Source of the DNA: Eledone cirrhosa
Taxonomy: Eukaryota
DNA: 64,000 nt
NCBI GenBank assembly: GCA_964016885.1
Contig: OZ024743.1
Coordinates: 992,001-1,056,000, forward strand
Direction: 5' to 3'
Shown here piece after piece: positions 14,521-26,092 of this stretch. The notes under the pieces were generated by a model. That model did not search any database and had not been told where the DNA came from. It worked only from the letters and a program-made list of their open reading frames with translations. A program made the position numbers and the translations under genes. Each line of letters opens with the position of its first letter. Positions within the stretch are counted from its first letter, which is position 1.

Positions 14521-15686
14521 TATATATATATATGTGTGTGCGTGCGTGTCCGTGTGCGTGTGTCTATGGTTCTAGTATTTAAGACTTACATTTAATTTTT
14601 GTTTTCCCTATAATATATTATTAAAACAACTCTTGTGTCTAAAATGTTATTTCGATTGTAAATGATATATATATATACATAATTTACAGTTAAGAAGACC
14701 AAATGATAATGAAAAACATATCTTAAATTTAAATTTGATTTGCAGTTAACACTATATTTCTATTTAAATTTCCAAATATTATCTTGGAAAAATGATAAGG
14801 TAAATATAAATGTTTTTGTTCCTGTCTAGTTGATACATGACAAGGCTTTACTGTTGCTTTAGTTCACGTAAAGTTATGCCGGACGCGTGCTGGAGAGTAG
14901 TAATTACCGAAAAGGAGATAGCAACAGAACAGGCTTTCAAATCAAGACAATTTATCTTTTGAAATGATTAATACGATTGTGTTGGGTAAGCTTCACAAAA
15001 AAGTATATATATATATGTGTGTGTGTTGTGTGCGCGCACGTGTGTATGTGTCTGTTTATATATACATATATGTATGTAAGTATGCATGTGTGTGTGGTGT
15101 CCGTGTGCGCACTCTTGTTTACGTTCTTGTGCGAGTATTTGTGCTTGTATGTATATGTATAATGGTATATACACTATAAATTAGCTAGTTGAATAATATA
15201 ACTTAGCCAGTTTAATATTTATTTTAGAGAAGAACGCCCAGTTTTTATCTCCTTATAATGATCATGTTTCGATAGTATGACTCATATACACAGTTATTAG
15301 AACCAAACCTGTATAATTAAACCTTTATATTAACTTACACATCATGACATCATACCATTCTTAAAAGCACTCATCGACATGCGCAGCGTGCTTTCAAAAC
15401 AGGAAATGTATTTTGCTTGAAATGACACCCTAATCTAAATACGAGGTCAGAAGTCAACAATAACTGAGATATTAAAACTGATATCTTTTGCATATATTTT
15501 CGGATCAAACGACGGCTGTCTCGATTGAAATGCTGTGCTTGTTACATGTAGCATTTGGTAAATGTTTTAAACAAATATTGTTACGTTTGAATATATATAA
15601 ATTAAATAACTCTCCAAGAAATTTCTTTGAATTCTGATGTGGAACACAAACACACATTTAGAAATATAATATAAACATTATTTCCT

Positions 15687-15874
15687 TGTGGATTGGCAGT
15701 ATCGGTAGAGGGTCGGACGCCATGCTTTCCAGCATAGTTACGTCCCTTTACGATCTGAGTTCAAATCCCACCGAGGTTGACTTTGCCTTTCATCCTTACG
15801 GGGTCGATAAAATAAAAGTACCAGTAATGCACTGGGTAATTGCTGGCCTTGTGCCTAAAGTAGAAACAATTATT
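15687..15874 (+). mobile_element. tRNA-derived SINE, short variant
   Basis: Full family sequence gtggattggcagtatcggtagagggtcgg...gtagaaacaattatt. Confidence 0.92.
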
Positions 15875-17219
15875 TCCTTGTCACTCAAACGATCTACATT
15901 TTTTTAATGCATCACTAAGGAAAGAGAAAAGGTTAAACTTTAATTTCCGTGCAAATTCCCAGGTATACCAGATATATAAGAGAAGTGAAATTACTCCAAA
16001 TAGAAACCGAGTGTCAGTGATTTAGGACACCGGAAGATTACATCCTACGCTACACCATTCACTTTATATGTTTTATACGTTTTGATCCTAGTCCTTCAGA
16101 AACTGTATCTACTGCAATATATTTCATTGTGTGTCTTTTAAAAGTATCGTTGAGAGTGTGGGGTGAGAGAGAGTCACAAGTGCCATGTAGGGCTACAATC
16201 CTGGTAATTTGTTTGCTTCTAATAATAACCAATTATTATAACATAGTAATATACTGAAATCGTTAACAAACTCTCAAATGAGATTAACAGTAGCTATATT
16301 GGTTAAATCATAAGTTTAACAGATTACAAATATAACAAAAAGCAATACAATTCTCAATGGAATGTCATACAAATACGGTCATAATGTAATAATACATTTG
16401 CGAAACCTGAACAGAACTATACGACATAGTATGGGTCCATAAACAACAAATTAAGAACACATCTATAATGTATGCAGTGAACATCTTGCAGTATCCGGAA
16501 AGGGCAATTTACGATTCTTTAATATATTGTGGAAAAACGACCACATTCGGATATGTAAATATATATATATATGGGCATAGAGAGAGAGAGAGAGACATTT
16601 GGAAGTTAACCCAATGTAAATTGACTTACTTATTCGATTGCTGAGCTCGTTTAACTGTGACATTCATTTCCCTGGCAGAAAACCTAGTTTTTGTGAAACA
16701 ACATTTGAGAGCCTGACTTCAGTTAATGTCTTCTCTTTTTTGAGGGGGTGGCAGGCAGTATTTTTGTACACCTCTTTTCATAAAGTAAAAATAAAAACAA
16801 AAAAAAAAAACACTTCCGAGCATATTTTTTTTATTGAAGATAGTGAAAATTATAATAGCACAATACTAGATAGGCGATAGTAATTTAATAGTATGGCTTG
16901 TAGATAAATATTTCAATAATATATTATCAATTTTTTAATTGGAAAATTTCGCTATATATTTATATACATGAGTACTCATCAAATAGAATAATATAATATT
17001 TCGAGACACTCTTTGCTGAAATCCACTAACCGGTTCATGCATGGGAACTGGTATTCCTTTAACACTCACACGTCATTTTCACCGGGACACTCCATCACTC
17101 CTGATGATTTCTCCCGAATGAAACAGTTCTAGACCTGTAGAAGCCATTTCTATATTAAATATTTATACTCTGCTATGTAACCACTGACTGTGGTTACCCC
17201 CGATTGAACTCGAGATAAA

Positions 17220-17315
<96 letters not shown>

Positions 17316-17547
17316 TATAGACAATTAAGTATGTTCTGAAACAGCGAGCGAGTTTGAAATTAGAAATCGAAGCCGTATTTTTTATGAAGAAATTTTAGTG
17401 GAGTTTAGAACGCTCTAAGAAATGGGAAAAAAATGACGTCAATACTCATCTTTTTCCATTTCTTTGTGTGTATATTCAAAGTCTGTGGGTATATGTTAAT
17501 GTTCAATATTTCATTTTTCAATAATTAGTAGTCAATAATATATATAT

Positions 17548-17760
17548 ATATTGTTTTAATATTGCCAGAAATATATAATAAAACACACTCACCGTTTGGT
17601 TGGGGTTAGTTTACGCCTCCGTATTTTTCACATATTGATTGCCAGTGGGGGTGTTTTATTATATATTTCTGGCAATATTATAACAATATGACCCTCCCCA
17701 AATATAACAATATTTGTTTCAACACACGATTTCATATCAAAAACCTTGCAAAACAAATTC
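17548..17760 (+). mobile_element. Short fold-back element carrying a PLE-type 3' tail
   Basis: ~39-bp inverted repeat (17548-17586 / 17651-17689, one mismatch), then a tail homologous to 4857-4929. (TA)n lies on both sides. Confidence 0.8.
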
Positions 17761-19592
17761 ATATATATATATATATACATATATATATCAGAAGATCAAA
17801 GCTGGTAATGACCTTTTATCGCGCAGAGTCTGTTTGATGGTTATACCTGATATTTAGATGTTATTTTACCGAACGCATTCGTTCGCAACTATACGCGTAG
17901 GGTAATATAAACATTCTGATGAGCAATGCAGAGAGACCAAACATAGTAAACACTGCACATTGATAAAGGCAGCGGTTGATACAAATCCATAAACATACAT
18001 ATGCAAACATATATACAAGGGTGTGTATATATACATATACATTTTATACACATATATATATGTATACATACATACACGCGCGCGCACGCACATGCACACA
18101 CACACAAAATGGCAAGTGGGCCCCAAGGGGTCCACGGTAGCATTGCGAGAGCCCACAGTAGCATTGCAGGGCCCACTGTAGTATTTTAGGGGCCATTGCT
18201 TTGCTTTCAAAAAATACCTGAAATCTAAGAGAAGGAATAACATTTAAAAAAAAATAAAGCAATTAAGCAAAGCATTTGGGGAGAGATAGGGGAGGGAGAA
18301 ATGAGGTGGAACAGAAATGAAACATGGATTACAGGTTAGAATATGGTCTAGATAGATGTGAAACAAAACGAGGATGTAGTTTATAAAACACCCAAATGAT
18401 TTAGAAGTCGACCTTAAGTAGGAGCAATAACATTCAGAAAGACATGTACGACACCACAACACTTTGGTTTGAAAGTAGTTTTATAAGCATGAATTTTCAT
18501 GAAACTTTCGTAGTTGTCACTCTGGCCTAGCGGTAGGTAATAGAGACGTTGGAGATCCTGTCTTGGGTTCAATCCTGTCAAGAGGCACATGTAACCGTTT
18601 TCAGTTTTTATTTTAAAATCAATAGAAAAAGCTGAAAATGTTTACCGGGAACCCTACCCCCGACCAGGATCACCACCGTCTATGATTCCTCCAACTATGT
18701 CACCGAGACAGCTACAAAAGTTCAAAGAAAATTGATAATTATAAACCTACCTTCAAAGTCAAAGTTAAAAAGATGTGGTGTCGTTCAATATTTAGGGTCG
18801 ACTTCTGGTCATTATTGAAAGTCTCTGGATTTCGCAAAATACATATTTTTTTATTGGAGAAGGTAGGATATTTTTCCGCAAAAATTTGATTGCACTGTTT
18901 TGTTTCCACTTATGTATTTTTCGAAAATGTTATTTATTCATTTTTAAAATTAAATGATAGCATTCTATATGTAAGTGTGTCCCCTTCATCTCCTGGCAAC
19001 GAATATCTTTAGACCCAGTCAACCACTGCACACCCCTATTATATATCAGTGGCTATACAGTCTAATATACCCGGATGTTGATCGACCAAGCGCATAATGA
19101 CTGACTCACTGGTTCCTTGTTCTGAGGGTGATTTGAGACAACATTATAGGATGTGATCAATACTTATTTAAGATGGTTGGTGGTAGTTTGAAGAAAATGT
19201 CACTACTAATGTTTTAGAAGACTTTTACTTACAACGTACGTAACCTCTTATTGGATCAGAGATTCTGAGGTATTTAGGAAATGTGGGTTTGTTTGTTCAA
19301 ATGTAATATTTTTTCATGTGATCATAAAAAGAAATACGAGGAAAGGAAACTAAAAACGTTTTCGTAAGCTCTTTTATTGGTACAACGTACGATTTGAAAG
19401 GTATTCATCCATGTCCATTTAACATAATCCCTCCTAATTATAATTAATTAACAATAATTGTATATATATTTAAAATCCGATGCATTTATATGTTTACAGT
19501 ATACAAAATATATATGCACACACATAAACATACATTTATATATATATTTAAGCGTGTGTGTGTGTATATACATATATATATACACACACAAG

Positions 19593-19690
<98 letters not shown>

Positions 19691-21021
19691 TACATATTTT
19701 TGTATGGGTGTGTACACATATTTTGGAATTACTCATAAGACGAGTTTATTCGTTCGATGCTGATGATTTTACTGTTATAAGTTCAGACATTTCATTCGTC
19801 TGTGTACATTCAAGCGTCTCGAAACTAGACACAGTCATGCACACAAACATACTAACACACTATCTTCCTAAGTTTGGAAAACTTTTTAAGTATACTTTCT
19901 GCACGAAAAACATAGATTTAATTGTCAATTACAATACTAATTGTGTTGTGCAAAACACTTTAACCGTAACAAGTGAAATCTAATAAGCGTGGGTAAAAAT
20001 GAATCTTGCCGAGTTCTAATATGACCAGAACTTGTCCGGAATTGTCAGCATAGCGACTAAAGATCATATGCCTCCCTACTCATTACCATCGACACTGAGT
20101 TGGCTACCCGCAGGTGTGAGCCTCGCCAGCTAGAATGGCTCTTCCAGTGCGACTCCCTTACCGTCCTCCGGGGAAACGTCTTCTCTATTCTGTCCGCCGG
20201 GGTCGAGTTAGGCCAGCGCGTGAGCCCCCATTTTCTTATAATAGTGAGACATGGGGAGATCGGGAGAAAGGGAGGCTGTGACAGTGGGATTTCGTTCCAT
20301 TGTGTTCGGACCTATTTATTTACCAAAGCACAATGCAGACAAACTTAACATAGAATTATGCTATAATGTATATAACACTAAACTAACCATTACACAGAGT
20401 TGATCTATATGTTTCAATTTAATTTCTGATCAAGTGAATAAATTTGAGTTTCTAGAAACAAACAAATGTAAACACAAATATACGCACACTATCACACAGC
20501 AATACCACGTGATTCAAAAAGGAATTTTGGAACTAAATTTCACGGTTCTGGGTTTGAGTTCATTGTGCACTACCTTAAGGGAATACATTCTCCCAAATAC
20601 TGGTGTTTAACGACACTGTTTGCATGAAAGTGAAAGGAGATTGTGCAAAAATATTCATACAATTCATATAGTTTGAATGAGTATGTGCGCATATGTGTGT
20701 ATGAGTGAGTATGATCTCCTGCGCGTACATGCATGTTTTCACAGTTTGAATAGGATAAACTATGTAAATAGTCCCTATGTACAAGAGTGTGTATGTAACA
20801 TGTGGTGTGGTAAATAGATCCGAACGCAAAGGAACCAAACTCCCACAGTCACTACCTCCGTCCCTCCCACTTTCCCCATCTCTCACTATTATGAGCAAAT
20901 GGTATATGTCGCAAAGATTTGGCCAGGCTGCAGAGATGAATCTCCTACAACTAATAGTAGAATTAAAATCCTTTTCCCAAAAGTTAGTTCTTTCTATCTT
21001 ATTATTTCCTGCAACAAATGT

Positions 21022-21509
21022 GATGGATTGGCAGCATCGGTAGAGGGTCGGACTCCATGCTTTGCATCATAGACTTACGGCCCATTGTGATATGAGTTCA
21101 AATCCCACCGATGTTAACTGTACCTTTCATCCTTACGGGGTCGATAAAATAAAGTACCAGTCACGCACTGGGGTCGATTTAATCGACTTTCGCCGCCCCC
21201 AAATTGCTGGCTTTGTGCCTATATAAGAAACCATTATTTCCTGTGACAAGTATAGCCGGGTTTCAGTACGAAGCGGATGGAACTGCGAATAATTGAAGAG
21301 TGCACTATGTTTTGCAATAATTGGTCCTACTTTTGGCACAAGGCCAGCAATTATCCCAGTGTATTACTGGTACTTTATTTTATCGACCCCGTAAGGATGA
21401 AAGGCCAAGTTAACCTCGGCGGGATTTGAACTCAGATCATAAAGGGCTATAACTCTATGCGTCAAAGCATGGCGTCCGACCTTCTACCTATACTGCCAAT
21501 CCACCGCCC
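21022..21509. mobile_element. Two convergent SINE copies (+ 21022-21238 long variant; - 21316-21509 short variant)
   Basis: Family core present on each strand. tatgttttgcaataat occurs on both sides of the second copy (~21307 and ~21511), consistent with a target-site duplication. Confidence 0.9.
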
Positions 21510-21615
21510 ATATGTTTTGCAATAATGCAAATAAACCGTGCATAAAATACACTGTATTATGAACATTGCTTACCATATATACATATAAGCGCTCTCGCAT
21601 ATACATGCATCTCCG

Positions 21616-21704
<89 letters not shown>

Positions 21705-23640
21705 GATAGACTGAGCTAGCTAACTAGATAGGTAGATAACTGCCCAAATCCATAAACGTAAAAAAATACAGTATCTTTAATATATTTATAAGTATTGCCA
21801 TTTTAACTCCAGACATAACTCACTTAGCTTAGGTGTTATTTTAATATGGAAATGTATATAAAATTAGTCATGGCGACTTGTATTGCTCACAGCTACATGC
21901 ACACATCCACTAGAAAGTAACATATTGTGATTAATAATATTTCATGCAGAAAACACCTTGTAAATGTAATCAGCGTTGATGTTGACAGACGACCAACGAA
22001 TGCGTTGCAGATGATTTTAAGTAGGAAGGAGCCTTTATAATTATGAGCTCGAAAAATTGTAAAACTTTGAATTATTAAGATAAACGGGTTGAGACCGTAC
22101 ATAATTAATGTTAATTGGGGGCCTTTAGTGTTAATTGTGGAAATTTTACGCTAATTTTATGGTTATGAAATTTGGAAGGAGTTAATACAAATATGAGATC
22201 ATGGATAAAATATAATCATGTGAACTACAAAAACATCTCATTTGTCATTACAAGAATTCAAGCGGAAGGAGAAAACAAAAATAAATAAATAACTACATAT
22301 ATAATTATAACGAAATAGTAAATATCTATTTAACATTCGGGCGTTTACATGTCATGTAGGTTTAATATTAACAGAGAATATAGATATATATTCAACGACT
22401 ATGTGAAAAGGGCAATTTAAAAATTGACACAAGAACTTGACTTGTCAGAAATTGAAATATATGTTGATGAATTGTAGAAAAACTCATCTAACATCAGAAT
22501 GCGAGAGAAAGAACTGAATTACATAACTCGACAGCATTAACTTTAAACCACTCTGCGAGCGTAGGTTACAAACAATACAGGTTTTACTGTATTTCCAAGC
22601 AATGGTATTCAAAATGAATGAAATGAGCAATATTCTTTAAAAAAAAGAAATTTTACTTCACAGCCGGGATAAAACCACACAGAGCTAATTAAAGAAAAAC
22701 TGCCTTATTCTATCTAGGAAGGGAAGATGTGTTCTCACGGCTGTTTTTTCCAGCCTGCAGACGCATACTAAAAGAAGGCCAGTTGTTTAAGTCTTCACAT
22801 GCTGGAAAACAACACGTCCAGCTTCCAATAGATGAACAACATCCTTAGTCTTCTATTTAGATTGACTATGTATATCGACATACACATTGTAACATAACTG
22901 AAAGTGGGTGAGTAACTCTCAAAAACTTGTACTTCCCAGTTCCTTTTCAGGCGGTCACTATATATATGGCAAATCTACATTTTTTCAAAAAATTCACTTA
23001 ACAAGATTCTGCACTCTTTCCAAATAGCCGAATTAACACATGGATTGAGTCAATTCACACGCGGAATGTGTTTCGAGGGTGGGATCGAAGTCGAGATTTC
23101 ATGGTTTTTAGCCATTCATCCATAAAACACTGAACATAGTATTGCTAACATACCAGTTAAACAAAAAAATGTAACAAAACTATAATTAATTTCTCGTTAT
23201 TCTATATAACAAAAACTATTAACCGTATTCTCTTATACCTCTATTCTTTTGTTAAGCAGTTCATTGGACACAGTATTGTTGTGCGGTTACGATATTTACT
23301 TCTCAACTGTATAACTTCGAGTACAATTCCGTTATGTGACACCTTTTCTAATACAGCTTCAGTTCTACAAAAGTCTTTAAGGAAACAGCAGTGAAGCTCG
23401 TCGAAGAAAGTGAAAGGAGCAATTTTAAAATTGTCCGGTTTAACACCAATACCTGGTCATTCGTTGCCATTATCAAGGTTCATTCTCTTAAATGCCAGGT
23501 TATAATTTCCTCCTTAAGTTTCTTATTCTTTCAAAAGGATTATGGGTGTGGCAAAGTTTCTACTGAACAATTTGTTATGCATACAAGCCAAGCATATATA
23601 CACACACACAAACATATAAACACATTCATATACAAAACCT

Positions 23641-23689
<49 letters not shown>

Positions 23690-23779
23690 ACAGATATACT
23701 TATTATTATTGTTGTTCTACTTATTAATATTACTATAATCCTGTGCTGCTTTTAATGTTTTCTAAGTGTAAGTTGGCAG

Positions 23780-25500
23780 GGGGAGGTCGTCAATAACGTG
23801 TGGGGAGCTCTCAAGGGAGGGATTTAAGTAGTTTCAATAGGTTTTAGTGAAGAAGTAGTTAGTAAAAAATAGAAATGAGGGTGAGCTGGTAGCTATATTA
23901 AACGAAGCTATTAGAAGTGGCATTGTAACTGAAGTGCTAGCGGCGAGAATAACATTAGACTATTTCTTCACTGGGAAACACGAAGGCTGCATTGTCAGAA
24001 CCAAGACGCGACATCTAAGAAAGGAGTGAACGAAAGCCGTTCGATTCCAGGCAGATGTGTGCGGCCTTTCGCCAGCACTTCGTTCGACTGTTCGTGGGGG
24101 TTGCAAGATGGTGGGGGACTTCTGTCTCTACCTCGGCGGCCTCCCGCAAAACTCCCCACTCGATACTGAGCGTTGCGAAAAGCCTATAACATTAGCCAAA
24201 TTTCGGGATGCCCTGGTCGGCCGCACGAGGCGCAAATCACCCGGTTTGGATTGTCTACCCTACGAGTATTACCGATACCTAGTGGCTGTTCTCAAGAGAG
24301 CTGGCTTCGGTACCGTCTGGAGGGACCGATCAGAGGCTGGATAAGAGGCTGGATCATTGCAATGCATATGCGTGATGATCGAAGTAAATGGGCAACTTTC
24401 GGAACCATCTAGTGCACTTGTCTAATGGCAGTGAGAGCAGGCAATTTTCCACTGCCTGGTGGCCGTAGCGAAAGAGGTTGTGTGGAAAATAAGGGGGAAA
24501 GGACTGAAGAAAAACACATTTCTCTTCGGCCAATCGCTCATCAACCTTTTCAAGATTCAATTGGAAAGGAAAGTAAGGGGGGATAGGGAAGTGTTTCCCC
24601 CAGTAGATATGTTAAAAGGTGGGTGAATGTTGCAAGAATGGCCTGTGTAATGGGTTTATTACAAGCTACTGGCGCATGTTCAGTATCTTGGCTGATTTTA
24701 AGAGAAGAAGGTGCCATCCTCGTGTGCTCTGATGAATCGGATGGTTCAGAAATCCCTGGCCTGGCAGTGCTAGAGGGAAGCCATGCCAGTCCGAGATAAA
24801 CTCTACAGGCTTGGAAGTGCCGTCGGCCAGACATGTCAGAGATGCGCGCAGGATAACAAAACCATCGTATATGCACTCGTCCAGTGTCCAAATATCGCTG
24901 GGTTTATTTCGAACACCTGCTGTCACGTATATGGCGGATCTGACTGTCAACGGAGTCCTTCGGCAAAATTGCCCCGCCGCCCTTTCTTAGCCAGGAAGAA
25001 CAGGCTGCTTTTGTTTGTCTGGTAGCCATAGCGAAAGAAGTTGTACGTTGGACGCGTCTGAAAGCGCTGTAGACGGACATTTTCCTCTTCGGTGACCCCC
25101 TGATTAACTTCTTCGGGTCTCACTTGAAGAGGAAAATCAGGGTGCAGAAGTAAATGCTGCCCACAGAGCAGTTTGTTGAATGGTGGGTGAAAGAGGTGAG
25201 AATTGCCTGAATGAATGGGCCTGCTCTAAGCATGTGTCTGTAGACTGAGGGAGGACACCTGGGGAGAACGCATTTACCCTGGCGGTCAGGGTGACTCAGG
25301 CTTTTGTAGGATTTGTTCACGAGTAAGCCTCGGAAAGCCCCCACCCACCTATTGGAGAATTTTCTTTTGATTCTTTCTTTTTGTTACATCTTTCGTTTTT
25401 GTTGAAACTCACATTTTACCCTCCTGTTCTGTCCTTAATGTATTTTTTGTAATCTCTTTGTGGTCAATAGAAAAAACATTATTGTTACTATTATTATTAT
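23780..25500 (+). pseudogene. Scrambled Tx1/L1-like ORF2 fragments and 3' UTR
   Basis: Segments similar to 27200-28230 with large deletions, two copies of the C-terminal region (gtagcgaaagaggttg at ~24465 and ~25025), and an end gtggtcaata...ATT tail. Confidence 0.8.
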
Positions 25501-25506
25501 TCCTAA

Positions 25507-25606
25507 TTCAAATCGCGCCGAGGTTAACTTTTCCTTTCACCCTTACGGGGTCGATAAAATAACGCACCAGTAATGTACTGGAGTCGATTTAATCGACTCC
25601 CCCCCC
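25507..25606 (+). mobile_element. Partial SINE (long variant)
   Basis: ttcaaatcgcgccgaggttaacttt...ggagtcgatttaatcgactcccc. Confidence 0.8.
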
Positions 25607-25676
25607 AAAAAAAAAAAAAATTATTGTGGTCAATAAAGAAACCGCCATTATTATTATTATTATTATTATTATTTGT

Positions 25677-26092
25677 CTATGTGTATAATTGGGGGGTAGG
25701 GGGATTGGGAGAGCTTTCCTCGTTTTCTCCTTGGATTGGTTTTGGTGTTGGTGGTGATCCGGCTGCTTTTGATGTTGGTGTCCGTGTTTTTGTTGATGTT
25801 GTTTTTGGTGGTGGTGGTGGTGGTGGTGCAGCTTTCCGTGCTGACACTGGCGTTGGCAACAAAGGAGGTTTGCGACCCCCTGCATTTTTGCGCTGAGGGC
25901 AGAAGGCTTGAAGATGCGTTGCTTCCCCGCAGACGAAGCAGCGTGGCCTTCTTCCGTCAATCATTAGTTGGATTGTTGTCCCGTCCTGCAGGCGGGCAAA
26001 GTCCGGGATGTTATTCATATCCTCCGGTTTCATTTGGAGAAGAATCTCCAAATCCATTCCGGACCAGTCCTCTCTCTCTGTCCTTTTGATTT
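25677..26092 (-). pseudogene. Inverted ORF1 fragment (zinc knuckle) of the adjacent Tx1-like LINE
   Basis: EDWSGMDLEILLQ...GRRPRCFVCGEATHLQAFCP (CX2CX4HX4C), homologous to + strand ORF1s at 58.6-59.4 kb and 61.8-62.5 kb. Confidence 0.88.

Noticed and set aside
15687-15780. SINE heads as genuine tRNA genes
   Set aside because: A/B-box-like motifs only, no clear cloverleaf, and always fused to the SINE body.
17920-17950. CTGATGA at ~17926 as a hammerhead core
   Set aside because: No downstream GAAA box with compatible stems.
18117-18195. Three ~20-bp imperfect tandem units (ccacagtagcattgc) as CRISPR-like
   Set aside because: No spacers and a eukaryotic context; a short minisatellite.
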